A DNA stretch of 64,000 nt from positions 205,592,001-205,656,000 of the forward strand of contig NC_042997.1 in NCBI RefSeq assembly GCF_006345805.1, read 5' to 3'. A model generated the notes under the pieces. It was not told the origin of the DNA. It searched no databases and worked only from the letters and a program-made list of their open reading frames with translations. Shown one piece after another: positions 51,732 through 64,000 of this stretch (position 1 is its first letter; each line of letters begins with the position of its first letter). Origin of the DNA: Octopus sinensis. Its lineage: Eukaryota. A program made the position numbers and the translations under genes.

Positions 51732-52245
51732 TGTATGCATATAACTAAATGTATGTGAATTTTTTCAATGTGTACAAATAACATGGAAAAAATATATATT
51801 TACCAGGGTAGCAAAAATTCACATAAGTACCAAGAATGTTACGTCCTATTTTTAAAGGTAGAAGTCCCAGGGTTTAGTGAAATGTTTTTGAATGACATAG
51901 ATAAATTCAGAAATGGAGTTAAATTCAGGTGTTATTCAAATCTTTATACTTCTGACACATGTTTCGAAGAAAACATTGATATTATTCCTTAGGAAATAAA
52001 ATGATGTAAAACAATGTAATCATCTTGCATTCCCCTTCATCATATATGCAGTTATCACATTCGGTTAAAATGGCTTATTGATGTGTTTTGTTTCTATTTT
52101 CTCCCATGATGTGATGATTACATTGTTTGACATCATTTTATTCCCTCAGAAATAGTACCAATGTTTCCTTCGAAACATGTCAGAAGTAAAAAGATTTGAA
52201 TAACACCTGCGTTTAACTCCATTTCTTAATTTATATACATGCATG

Positions 52246-52279
<34 letters not shown>

Positions 52280-53475
52280 TATATGTATGTATGTATATGC
52301 ATATATTGTTTGAAGTGATGTACAGTTTTATGTATTTAGAAAAAGCTGGTAGTCGGTATTTTGGATATGGCTAAAAATTTCCATACTATCTTTGAAATAA
52401 TCTTTGTAATTTCGTAAACTAATTATTTAAATTGAACCTTCATTATAACTTCTGAAAGCCTTAGTTTTTCTCCTGAAAAGCAAAATAAGCTGTTTTCATC
52501 CAATGCAAAAACATTCTACTGAGAAATAGGGAAAACCATTCCAGACTCCACTCCCATGGAAGAAGTTGGAACTTTTAGAAAAATATCTGGAGTGATGCAT
52601 GGAAATAAAGACTGGGTTAGACATACAGAAGGATCCTACCAAAACTTACCAGAACAAGCATGGTAAGACATCACAATAGCAAAGCTGAGGATAGTGCTCA
52701 CAAAGGTTCATATGTGGAAATCCCCTGGTAATGACAGGGTGCCAAATTTCTGGCTCGCATCACTCCCATGTGCACATGAAAATTAAGTTCAGGCATTGAA
52801 TGAAATTATGAGTGATCCTATGAAAATACCGATTGGTTATTCAAGAAGAATAAGAAAGCCAAATTTCCCCAAAACTATTGGCTCATAACATGTCTCTCTA
52901 ACACATATAAAATTTTAACATCCATCCTTGTGGAGAACGCATACAAATTAAGGAAACAAAACAATATTTTCCCCCACTGAACAAAAATGGGGGCTGATGA
53001 GGCTCATATGGATGCAAAGATGAACTCTTAATCAATCACATGATCCTTGAGAACTGTCATAACAAACCCAGAAATCTCAGTGCTGCATGAATTGATTACA
53101 CAGTGGTCTTTGACAGCATACAGCATTCATGGATCTTGAAATTGCTTCTTAATTTCTTCTGTGATTTCAAATTTTCTGAAGCACAATATTCAGTGTGAAA
53201 TACAAATCTCCAATTATACAACTCTGATGGAGTACTGACCACAAAAAATTATTAATATCAACTGTGGAATTTTCCAAGGCGACTCACTTTCACCTTCAAT
53301 TTTCTGCATAGCCCTAATACCCCTTACAAATGAATTCAACAGAATAGGGTATGGATATAAAATTGGTGACAAGAAAACAAGTCATCTATTTTATATGGAT
53401 GACTTAAAACTCTGTGGCAAAGACGATACTGAGCTTGAAGGACTGCTACATAATGTGAAAGCATTTAGTGATGAC

Positions 53476-56400
53476 AATAACATCCCTCCTCCCCAAACCT
53501 AACCCCACATTCCCTTCCCAGTTTTCAGAGTTGGCACTGTCAATGTTGGTACACTGAAAGGTAGGTCTAGTGAGATTGTAGAGATGCTAGAAAGACACTT
53601 TGATGTATGCTGCATACAAGAGGAAAGATGGAGAGGAGCTTCAGCTAGGGTCCTCACAGGCAAGGCACATAGGTATAAAGTCTTCTGGCAAGGTAACATG
53701 GATGGTGTAGGGGGTATAGGCATACTCCTTGTGGATGAATGGGTGGATAAAGTCATAGAGGTTGTTAGGGTATGCGATAGAGTGCTTAAGCTCAGGCTAG
53801 TCCTGCAGAACAGCACAGCTACAATCATCTCTGCCTACGCCCCCGCAAGTGGCACTACTAAATGCTCAGAAGGACCATTTTTATGATACCCTTCTACAGG
53901 CTACCTCAAAGACGAGTGGCAAAGACCTCATCTTTGTGGTTGGAGATTTTAATGGGTATGTTGGGCGGGAATCTGTTATGTTCACTGGCGTACATGGGGG
54001 CCATGTTATTGGTGCTCGGAACGATGAGGGAACTAGACTACTGGAGTTCTGTGATGCATGTAACCTTTTAATCTGCAACACTAACTTTAGGAAGCCAGAC
54101 AGCCACCTGATAACCTATCAATCAGGTGACTCTGCTAGCCAGATTGATTTCATCATCACCAGATAGCGGGACACAGGGTTGCTCTTATATACAAAGACCC
54201 TCCCGGGTGAAGAATGTACCCCACAGCATAGGCTAGTCCTTAGTGACTTTAGGTTCAAGGCCAGAAGGATACCAAGAAGCAGACCAATCCCAAAAAGAAG
54301 GATTTGAAGGCTAAAGAAACCTTCACATGGTCAGAGATTTAGGGACATCTTCATCAAGAAATTTGAAGAGAGGAAGGTGGAGCTACAGACATCGGACATA
54401 GAAGGTAGCAGGAAATTCCTACAGGACAGCTTACTGAGTGCTACAGACCAAGTCTGAGGATGGTGCAAAGTCCCTTCCAGACCCAGAGTTACGTAGTGGT
54501 AGAATAGTACAGTAGACAAAGCCATCAGATCAAAGAAACAGGCCTGGAAAACCTGGAGGGATGTGGGTAGCAGGGAACTGTACCAGGTAGCCAAAAGGGA
54601 GGCTGGGCAGCAGGTATACATAGCCAAGAGTGAAGCGGTAAAGAAGAAGTTCGTTAATGTCAAGCAACGTGAGGACCAAAGAACTGAAGTATTTCAGATT
54701 GCAAGACAGTATGTGAGAGAAAATTGTGATGTCACAGGAGAGAAATGTGTCTGAATGGATGATGGTGCACTTGCTTTTAATGATTTTCAAAAGAAAGAAG
54801 CTTGGAAATGCTATTATGAAAGGCTGCTGAATGTGGAGAATGAAGGGAGGAGGAAAGCCTGCCAAATGTTGACCCAGTAGAGGGACCAGCTATCCGAATA
54901 GACAGCTCCCATGTAGATAAAGCAATTAAGGGTATGAAGCCAGGAAAAGACCCTAGCCTATTAGGAATCACTGAGAGACTTAAAACATCTGGTGGTGTGG
55001 GCTATGGCCAAGTCACCCGCATTGTAAACCAGGTAGTTCATAACGGAGTCATACCCAATGACTGGTGTAACAGCACCATAGTCAACTTCTATAAAGGTGA
55101 AAGTGATGCTTTAGATAGAAATAACTACAGGGGTATCAAACTGCTGGATCAGGTGATGAAGGTGATAGAGGGGATCATATCCCATCTCATTAGGGTGAGA
55201 GTCTGCTTAGATGAGATACAGTTCGGTTTTGTTCCAGGCAGAAGCACCACTGATGCCATATTCCTGGTTTGACAACTGCAGGAGAAATACCTAGCTAAAG
55301 ATAAACCCCTCAACTTAGCTTTCGGGGACTTGGAGAAAGCCTTTGACAGGGTCCCCCGATCCCTTATCCGGTAGGTGATGTGGAAACTGGAGATTGACGA
55401 ATGGTTAATAAGGGCTGTACACGCCTTAACCAGAGATGTTGTTGGTAAGGTTAGGGCTGGCAATGAATATAGTGAAGAATTACGGGTAGAAGTAGGGTTC
55501 ACCAAGTATCAGCCCTCAGTCCCCTTTTATTCATCATAGTCCTCCAGGCAATAACAGGAATTCAAGACAGGTTGCGCCTGGGAGCTCCACTATGCTGATG
55601 ACCTAGCCCTTGTAGCAGAATCACTATCAGAACAAGAGAAGAAATTTCAGGTGTGGAAGCAAGGTTTAGAATTGAAGGGCCTTAGAGTCTACATTGCAAA
55701 AACCAAAGTTCTAGTAAGTAGGAAGGTGAACACATCAAACACCCCTTCAGGTAGGTGGCCCTGCTTGATCTGTAGAAAAGGTGTGGGTAGAAACTCCTTA
55801 AGATGTACCCAGTGTAAGCTATGGATGCATAAGAGGTGTAGCAACATCAAAGGAAGGTTAACCGAGAAGATAGGTTTCGTGTGCAGCAGATGCACAGGAG
55901 CAATAGACACCACAGATACTCAGAAAACAGATTCCATCATACCTCCAGTGGGAGAAACTAGAAGTAGTTGATAATTTCCGTGACCAACGTGACCAAGTTA
56001 GTAGTGGGGGTGGATGCTCAGAGAGTGTTACCACTAGAATAAGAATAGTCTGGGCAAAGTTTAGAAAGCTTCTACCACTACTGGTGACAAAGGGTCTCTC
56101 TCTCAGAGTGAAAGGTAGATTGTATGATGCAAGTGTGCAAAATGCCATTCTTCACAGCAGTGAAACATGGGCTGTGACAGTGGATGATATGCATAGGCTC
56201 AAAAGAAATGAAGCTAGCATGATCTGCTGGATGTGTAATGTCATTGCGCATACACGACAGAGTGTAAGTGCCCTGAGAGAAATGTTGGACATAAGAAGCA
56301 TCGGATGTGGCGTGCAAGAGAGAAGTTTGCGCTGGTATGGTCATGTACTAAGGATGGATGAGGAGAGATGTGTGAAGAAGTGCCACTCCCAAACAGTTGA

Positions 56401-56945
56401 AGGTATCAGGGGAAGGGGTAGACCCAGGAAGACATGGGATGAGGTAGTCCGGCATGACCTTTGAACGTTGGGCCTCACAGAGGCAGTGACGAAAGACCAA
56501 GACCTCTGGAGATATGCTGTGACAGTGAAGTCCTGACAAATGAAGTGAGTTCATGGCTCGCAGGACAGCCTGCTGTGTTTACCTTAGATCGTAGGGTGAC
56601 CTGCTGTGCTTGAGGAGACCTATTGAGTCAAGTACATCAACATCAAAATAAAAATCAAATGGAAATTGTAGTTGTGATACTCATGTTGGTGGCACATAAA
56701 AAGCACCAACCGATCGTGGGCGTTGCCAGCCTCCCCTGGCTCCTGTACTGGTGGCACATAAAAAGCACTCACTACACTCACAGAGTGGTTGGCATAAGAA
56801 GGGCATTCATTTGTAGAAACACTACCAGATCAGACTGGAGCCTAGTGCAGCCTCCAGGCTTCCCAGACCCTGATCGAACCATCCAACCCATGCTAGCTTG
56901 GAAAACAGACGTTAAACGATCTTGATGATGATGATAATGATGATG
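53476..56945 (+). mobile_element. Near full-length decayed RTE LINE nested in the R4-like element
   Basis: APE + RT + CXXC segment + LRWYGHVLRM...GRGRPRKTW + 3' UTR + (GAT)n tail. Confidence 0.93.
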
Positions 56946-58174
56946 ATTGGGATGAAATTTGGTCTTGATAAATCTGCTAAGGTCACTTTCCAGAAAGGGA
57001 AACTGAAGACCTCACATTCAATGGAGTTGGATGTTGACACAGTCAAGATAAGGAACACTGACAGGAAAATCAATAAGCAAAAAGATGCACCACCCAAAGG
57101 CCGATGCAGATCGTCTTTACCTACCCAGAGCTCAAGGAGGTCAAGGCTTGGTTCGATTTGAAATCTCCTACAAAACCATCACAACTGGACTGGCCAAATA
57201 TCGTGAAACATCTAATAAATGGATGCTAAATCTCATTGAAAAGCATGAAAGACAAGAAGCTTCCTTCTGTAATGAAGGAGAGCAAAAAATGTTCAAGTGA
57301 GTTTATACATAAATTGAACAGCATGAGGGAAGTGCAACAACTCTAGTTGCAAAGAAGGTGAAACCAATAGGAAAGCAAAATGCATTTGAACAATTGGATG
57401 ATGGGTGGGAACAAAAACCCCAGCATGGCAAATATGTGGCCCATAGCAAACAGGCTGATGTAGACCAGAAGCACACCCATCAGTGGCTACAAAGCTCAGG
57501 GCTAAAGGCAGAGAGTGAAGGCTTTATCTTGGCTGCCCAAGAGCAGAGATTATTGACCTGGAACTATCAAGACAATGTGATGAAAAATTGTGTAGACCCA
57601 AAGTGCTAATACTGCAAGGATGGGATTGAAACAGTGGACCACCTAATCTCTTGATCCAAGGTTTTTACCACCTGTAGAGTAGAGATCAAGACACAACAGT
57701 GTTGGCCAATATCTACTTTGGATAATGTGTTGGCATTATAAAATGAAAAGTGCTGACAAATGGTACAAGCACCACTCTGAGGCTGTTAGAGAGGGAGAAA
57801 ATGTAACGATTCTTTGGGACTTCCCAGTATGTACAGATGTGACCATCAAAGCTAATAAACCAGAAATTGTTGTGAAAGACCAAAACAATAAAGTCTGTTT
57901 ATTGATTGACGTGAGCGTACTTTGTGACTATGATGTCTCAGCAAAAGAATTTGATAAACTCAGAAAATATAAAGATCTGCTGATTGAAATCAAAAAGATG
58001 TGGCATCTCAAGATGTCTACAATACCAGTGATTGTAGGAGCACTTGGAATGATCAAAACAGGAACTGAAAATTATTTAAGAACGATCCCTGGATTACCAT
58101 CCATGCAGGAAGTGCAAAAGATTGTCTTAACTGGTAACTGGTCTCACGTATTGAGAAGAGCATCGTTGCTGTGA
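56946..58174 (+). mobile_element. R4/Dong-like element 3' part (RT end, zinc-knuckle remnant, RLE endonuclease)
   Basis: IGMKFGLDKSAK, HQWLQSSGLKAESEGFILAAQEQ, a C..C...ETVDHL remnant, and ILWDFPVCTD...NKPEIV...LIDVSV...KLRKYKDL...IPVIVGALG (ORF 57725-58174). Confidence 0.9.
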
Positions 58175-58430
58175 ATTTTCTTTCTTTTTTCCCTTTATTT
58201 TCTTTGTTTATTTTTAAAATTTCTGTTAAGATTGTTTTAACTGCCACATCACAGACACTGAGAAGAGAATTGCCACTGTGAATTTTATTTCCTTTTTTCC
58301 CTTTATTTTCTTTGTTTATTTTTAAAATTTTTGTTAAGATTGTTTTAACTGCCACATCACAGACACTGAGAAGAGAATTGCCACTGTGAATTTTATTTCC
58401 TTTTTCCTTTTATTTTCCTTGTTTACTTTT
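58169..58430. repeat. ~108-bp tandem repeat (about 2.5 units) at the 3' end of the R4-like ORF
   Basis: ctgtgaatttt starts at 58169, 58276 and 58384. Confidence 0.9.
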
Positions 58431-58566
58431 TTTTTTCTTCTTTCCCCTTTTTTTATATGACTTTGTAAATGGTGTGTTTATTTTAATGGCCTACCACATG
58501 TACAAAGTGAACTTTTTTGTCCTAGATGTTGGGAAGACACTTGGCAAGGAATGGAAATGAAATTGA

Positions 58567-58678
58567 AAGAAGAAGAAGAAGAAGAAGAAGAAGAAGAAGA
58601 AGAAGAAGAAGAAGAAGAAGAAGAAGAAGAAGAAGAAGAAGAAGAAGAAGAAGAAGATGATGATGATGATGATATTAA

Positions 58679-58734
<56 letters not shown>

Positions 58735-58735
58735 G
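58567..58735. repeat. Compound (GAA)n-(GAT)n-(AAT)n microsatellite
   Basis: Direct inspection. Confidence 0.95.
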
Positions 58736-59780
58736 CCCTGATGCAGTACCAGGCAGTGGCTCTCATGGCTTCTGATCTTAACTGATTGGAAGTGTTATCA
58801 TGTATATTGTTTTGTCTTGGTATAAAAGATGGGTTACAGCAAATATTCTGCTCAATACCACAGATTTGCTTGTCAGTTGTTTGACCTTACCCAGTTGAGC
58901 ATGTCCCTTAGTGGCTGACGATATGTGCATCTCTGATCACGAGCAGAAGTAGTGGGGGAGCATCATAGCCATGTGTTGAGAGGGATTCTTTGGGGTTTGA
59001 ATAGTTCACCTCTGGAAACATGGGTGGTTCTTTCAACATCCTTAAACAACCCTTATTCAGGGACCGTTTGAGCGGGATGGGCTACTCAACTTGAAGAAAA
59101 TTCTAACTGGGCCCCACCTGCAAGGTCATGTGCTGTTTATCTTGATATGAGATCACCATGTCGCGCACATATGGTTGTGATGCATGTGCCTGGTGTACCT
59201 TTATCAGACGGGTAGTCATGATGGGTATATTGGGCTTCGTATATTTTACCCCAGTGTCACTTTGATGGCATGCACTGCTCTCTCACTCAATAATAATAAT
59301 AATAATAATAACAACAATAACACCAGGACTTACAAACACATATAACATACAGAAAATTGCACTACTAGGCACTGCACACATCCTACGCAGAACACTTTCC
59401 ATACAATAACCATCAGAGCATCACAACAAATCACAGCACAAACCCAAGGCACACAGAGCTGCGCTCGGTAGTGAAGTGAAAGCACGATATAAAAAATATA
59501 CTACTGAATAATAATGATAATAATAATAATAATAATAAAGCAGTACCAGGCAGTGGCTCTTGTGGCTTCTGATCTTAACTGATTAGAAGTGTTATCATGT
59601 ACATTGTTTTGTCTTGGTATGAAAGATGGGCTGCAGCATATATTCTGCTCATACCACTGGTCGTGATGCATGTGCCTGGTGTACCCTTATCAGACGGGTA
59701 GTCATGATGGGTATACTGGACTTTGTATATTTGTACCCCACGGTCACTTTGTTGGCATGCATTGCTCTCTCACTCAATAA
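58735..59780 (+). mobile_element. Cluster of (AAT)n-flanked elements: an unclassified repeat (58735-59300, internally deleted copy at 59540-59780) and an R4-like 3' end (59315-59520)
   Basis: Shared start gcagtaccaggcagtggctct and end ctctctcactc+(aat)n. The middle piece reads PGLTNTYNIQKIALLGTAHILRRTLSIQ*. Confidence 0.7.
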
Positions 59781-59789
59781 TAATAATAA

Positions 59790-59965
59790 TACTCTTTTTT
59801 ATTAAACTCACAAGGCCTGAAGTTTTGGAGGAGGGGATTCTTGATTACACTGACCCCAGTGTGTAACTGGTACTTATTTCATTGTCCCTGAAAGGATGAA
59901 AGGTGGAATTTGAACTCAGAACGTTAGGACAGACAAAATGCCCAACATGCTAATGATTCTACCAG
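59790..59965 (-). mobile_element. SINE fragment
   Basis: actggtacttatttcattgtccctgaaaggatgaaagg...ggaatttgaactcagaacg resembles the reverse complement of a CORE/tRNA SINE. Confidence 0.55.
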
Positions 59966-60106
59966 CTCACCTTCTGAATAATGATGATGATGATGATGAC
60001 GACAGTGGTGATGATAACGAAGATGGTGACGATGACGATGATGATGAAAAGAGACACTTGTTTTTTCCTAAATAAAATTTAAGATAAATAAAAAGAAAGT
60101 ATTTAC

Positions 60107-60161
60107 CTGATGATGCAGCTGAACTACCTGTTGTGTTTCCTTGGAAATATTCTTCAAATTT
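60107..60161 (-). CDS. Probable 55-nt upstream exon of the minus-strand PARP gene
   Basis: ttctaacag|AAA TTT GAA GAA TAT TTC CAA GGA AAC ACA ACA GGT AGT TCA GCT GCA TCA TCA G|gtaaat = KFEEYFQGNTTGSSAASS. The terminal G completes the GAA (E) codon with the AA that opens the 51362 or 37625 exon. Confidence 0.6.
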
Positions 60162-60844
60162 CTGTTAGAAGTAAACAATTAATTTATCATCACTCAAGCA
60201 AAGACATAATATCCTAATTAATTTCTGTTAATTACAATGGATGAATATTGTTTTAAATTTACTCATTTTAAGACCTCACCAACAAGAGTAGAAATTCAGA
60301 TATTCAGACAAGCAATCTTGTTTTTCAACTGAGCACATCTAAACCTCTCTTTTTCAGCACATACCATAATTACCTTATAAGTTCATTTCATTATTCTATC
60401 TAATTCATTATCTCTGTAAACACAGTTTCATCTTCCATGCTGTACGTTTAAAAATATTCAAGATCCAGGAAAGACTCATATTTTTTGTAAATGTTCTTTC
60501 AAGTTTCATTTTGTAGAAAAAAAATAAAACACTTTGGAAATTTCCAACACTTTCAGTTGCATAAAAAATAAAAACTTTTTGCCATACAGTATATATAATA
60601 CCTCTTTTTACCATGGGAAATTTCTCTGAAATTTTATCGCCAAGAAACATATCCAACCAGTTTGGGATTTTTGTCAAAACTCATCCCCACCCCTACAAAT
60701 AGCTTTCTCCGAAAAAATTCCAATATAATCGACTTCTAGGCCATATGAATAGCATATGTAAAAAAATTTACTAAAAAATGTGTGGAAAAGAGTTTGTGTG
60801 AGATTTGGCTGTTATTTCTAGTATATGAATAGACTGCTTGAAGA

Positions 60845-62600
60845 ATTACTTCTATGGCTAGGAAGACCCCTATAGAGAGATGGAGCAGATGGATCAGAGT
60901 GACCAGAGCCATACAGACCCCCGCAAATGATTATCAGGTAAAGAAAATTATTGCACATGCACTAGGAGCTAGTATAAGAGTTACCCTCAAAGTCTACACA
61001 TTTAAGTTTAACAACAAAATATATGCCCAGGACGAGGGGGCAGCCATTGGCGTTAGTATCGCCGGTGATGTGGCCAACCTTTTCATGGTATGGTGGGACA
61101 GAAGGCTTAAGGAACATCTGACACAAAACTCCATACTCGTGAACATGTACTCTTGCTATGTTGATGATATCAACATAGTGGTAAGGGCACCCCCACAAGA
61201 GAGTACTCTTGAAATAGAAATAGAAACTAATACTATTGGGAGTATCTAGCAAATAACCAACTCCATCCACCAGAGTATTAAGGTCACTACCCTACTAAAA
61301 TCTCTAACCATAGACTACCAGTACTAGATACAGAACTCTGCCTGGAAACTGAAAATAATAAAACCCAAGTCCTTCATTCACACTATGCCAAACCTATATC
61401 CTCCAAATACTTGATCCACCAGAACTCAGCTATCGCGGACAATGCCAAATTTAATATTTTGATGGCAGACCACATCAGAATAATGCAAAATGTGTCCCAC
61501 ATGTGCAACCCGACAGAATTAAAGACACACATACAACATTTCATTCACCGCATGCAGTTCTCAGGTTACAGCCATAAAGAAAGGATCAGAGTATACAAAG
61601 GAGCCATGAGGAAATTTGAAACTATCATATGTGATGATAGGAATGGGATTTGCCCACTCTATAGGAGCAAGTCATGGAACACCATTGAAAGGACTAAGAA
61701 GAAAATAGGGAAGGCCAGCTCTTGGTATGATAGCCACAAATACCAGAGTGTCATGTTCGTCAACACCACCACTAGAGGTGAACTGGTGTACTGCTCTAGA
61801 AGGGCTCTAGACAAACTTAAGCTAAGGATTAAGTTTGTTGAAAGGCCAGGCAACCCTATCAAATCCCTAATCAGTAGAACCTACCCTTTTAGTAGAACCC
61901 CTCTGTACTGATAGGAACTGTACTGTTTGTAGATTTAGCCCACAAACAAATTGTAAAGCCAGAAATGTAGTCTATAGTATAAGATGTACAGAGGGACGAT
62001 GCAGTAACAAGACAACGACATACGTAGGGGAAACGGCATGAAGCATAGGAGAGCGAATAAATAAACATTGGAGAGAACTTAAGGAAGAAAAGAGCTGCCA
62101 GCATGCTGAGCAGGAACATGGGGGCTCACTCAACAACATAGAAGTTCTAGCACACACCCCCAACACAATACAACATATGACAGAATAAGATCCGCATAAA
62201 CAGTTATAAATATGAACTAAATATAATACAATACACAGATAAACAAATGAAATTAACTATATACATTAACAAAATAATTTGAATTAAATTATACACAAAA
62301 AAAGGATGGAAAAAAAGTAGGTATAAACACATGAACACAAAAAAATAAAAACAAATTAAATGAACGTGTATAAACAGGGGATACGGATAATACAGGCACT
62401 TTCTCCCCCACCCCCACATACACTTACTGAACATAGACACACATAGGGGTATACGCATGCGCAAATAAAGACACATACAATAGGAATACAAAATACAAAA
62501 TGGCTGACCGTTAGTAAGGAGAGACACACAAATAAGAAAGAAGAAAGCAAAGGACCACTGATGAGGTCACAGAAGTGTGACAAAAGAACTCTGGCTGAAA
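60845..62600 (+). mobile_element. Penelope-like element of a further lineage (RT + GIY-YIG + pLTR)
   Basis: YAQDEGAAIGVSIAGDVANLFMVWWD...CYVDDINIV, HRMQFSGY, and NVVYSIRC...YVGET. Confidence 0.88.
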
Positions 62601-63449
62601 TACAATTAATATAAAATAAAGCTGAAGTAAATTAACACCAAATATATAGTGCGTGTGTTTTTATTGGCTAAACTGGCAAAATAAGCATCCCCAAATACAA
62701 CAATATCTGTTTCAACACATTTCACATCAAGAATCTAGCAAAACAAATATATAAAAGTACTTAAAAAGTTATTTGGAAATCATGAAGAGAAATGAACAAA
62801 ATTGAGTCGTCCACATTTTAAAATCGAAAATTAAAAAAAAAATTTCCGAAATACTTTTCCCCATGTCACCCAACCATCACCACTTCCAAAGTTTCACTTT
62901 TAGCATCACAGTCAACGCATGCGAAATGGTGAAAAGGGTTTCAAAACTTTGTGTTTATGCCGTAGACTGCAAGGAGATGGCGAGAGTAATTTTCGTTTTT
63001 CAATTGGGAATTTTTTTCAGAATCATAATCTCTGTATTTTGCCTCATATTTTGCAAAAAAAAAAAACAAATTTTGAAAAAAGTCAAAGATGAAGAAATTG
63101 AGGGATGGTGGTGGTGGGGTTATTGATATTTTGAAATGCCTATTTTCGCTGATCTTTTTTCAGATTTCTAATCTCTGTACCCAAAACAGGGGCTTCTGTA
63201 GAAAAAGAAAATAAAGGGAAGTTTTTTGTGGGGTACAAAAGGAAGTCTTGCCAAGATCCCTTCACTCAATCCAATTCTCTCTCATTCTCCCTCTCTTTCA
63301 CATTCCTTTATTATCGTCACTTATTCATTCCTCTATCTAAATTTGTCACAGATTGCCTGACCAAAAACTGTTGGTTAGAGCTCTAGTTAAGAATTTCAAA
63401 TGCCCAATACTATCTCATTATTACCATAATATTCTCTGACACCGGCAGC

Positions 63450-64000
63450 CTGAGTTTTTGCTGTTTCGTGCTGCACCCGCCCTCCCACCACCTCCACCAA
63501 CTGTACCGGAAGTCCCTATCCTCTGACCTCTATCGAATGTCTCTCCCATGAACACTTCTAAGGCTTAATGTTTCCCCCATCCCTACTTAGTGTTCATCTC
63601 CGATGTAAGGTAGTGATCATGTAGCACATAAAAATGATGGTGTGGTGTATGCAGGTTGAAGGTTATTGCACATACATGAGTTCTGCCAAATGCAAGCTTT
63701 CTTTCCAGGTACATGACGCTGCTGTCCCCCATCCCTGTGTCTCTCAGGCCACCCCTCCCATACCCACAGGGTTGGCACATTCAATGTTGGCACACTGAAA
63801 GGAAGGTTTGGTGAGATTGTTGAGATGCTCAAGCAGAGACATGTAGATTTGTGCTGCATCCAAGAAGTAAGGTAGAGAGGAGGTTCTGCTACATTTCTCA
63901 CAGGCAAAGCACACAGGTACAAGATTTTTCTGGGCTGGAAACACTGACAGGTTCGGGGGTATGGGTATAGTTCTTGCAGAGAAATGGGTTGATAAGGTAA
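63450..64000 (+). mobile_element. RTE LINE 5' end (APE start), running off the window
   Basis: FNVGTLKGRFGEIVEML...LCCIQEV. The 5' UTR is homologous to 5950-6190 (-). Confidence 0.88.

Larger units (their letters stand above)
42282..55763. repeat. Segmental duplication, unit 2
   Basis: Collinear copy of 28572-42031. Confidence 0.97.

Noticed and set aside
28572-55763. Interpretation of the tandem duplication as a pure haplotype mis-assembly
   Set aside because: Not excluded without reads, but disfavoured because the junction has a unique deletion plus a triplicated chimeric sequence that simple allelic duplication would not create.
58491-58775. Poly-E/D/N and poly-F/I ORFs
   Set aside because: Translations of the (GAA)n/(GAT)n/(AAT)n microsatellite.
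60373-60680. Candidate further upstream PARP exon (donor AAG|gtaatt near 60373; ORF 60408-60677)
   Set aside because: Every acceptor/frame combination I tried hits a stop, and there is no macrodomain or WWE similarity. Upstream exons are probably outside the window.

Overview
Repeat-dense, AT-rich animal genomic DNA. The (CAT)n-tailed RTE LINEs, CORE-type tRNA SINEs, many Penelope-like elements (PLEs) and (TA)n tracts suggest Octopus; this is inferred from repeat content. No prokaryotic systems or CRISPR arrays are present. The only host coding sequence I can support is a cluster of three copies of a spliced PARP14/15-like mono-ADP-ribosyltransferase catalytic module. Copy A (+, 1877-2154) shows only its last exon. 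Copies B (-, 34646-37625) and C (-, 48382-51362) each have three catalytic-domain exons, and a probable 55-nt upstream exon lies at 60107-60161. B and C sit in a ~13.5-kb near-identical tandem duplication (28572-42031 vs 42282-55763) with a complex triplicated junction. Copy A's last exon differs from B at 13 amino-acid-changing codons versus 2 silent codons, all in the first ~55 codons, which suggests diversifying selection. There is also one intact tRNA-Thr(UGU), decayed Tc1, RTE, R4/Dong and PLE transposons (some nested), and several long inverted-repeat/hairpin elements. Repeat boundaries are approximate; exon and tRNA boundaries were counted by hand.
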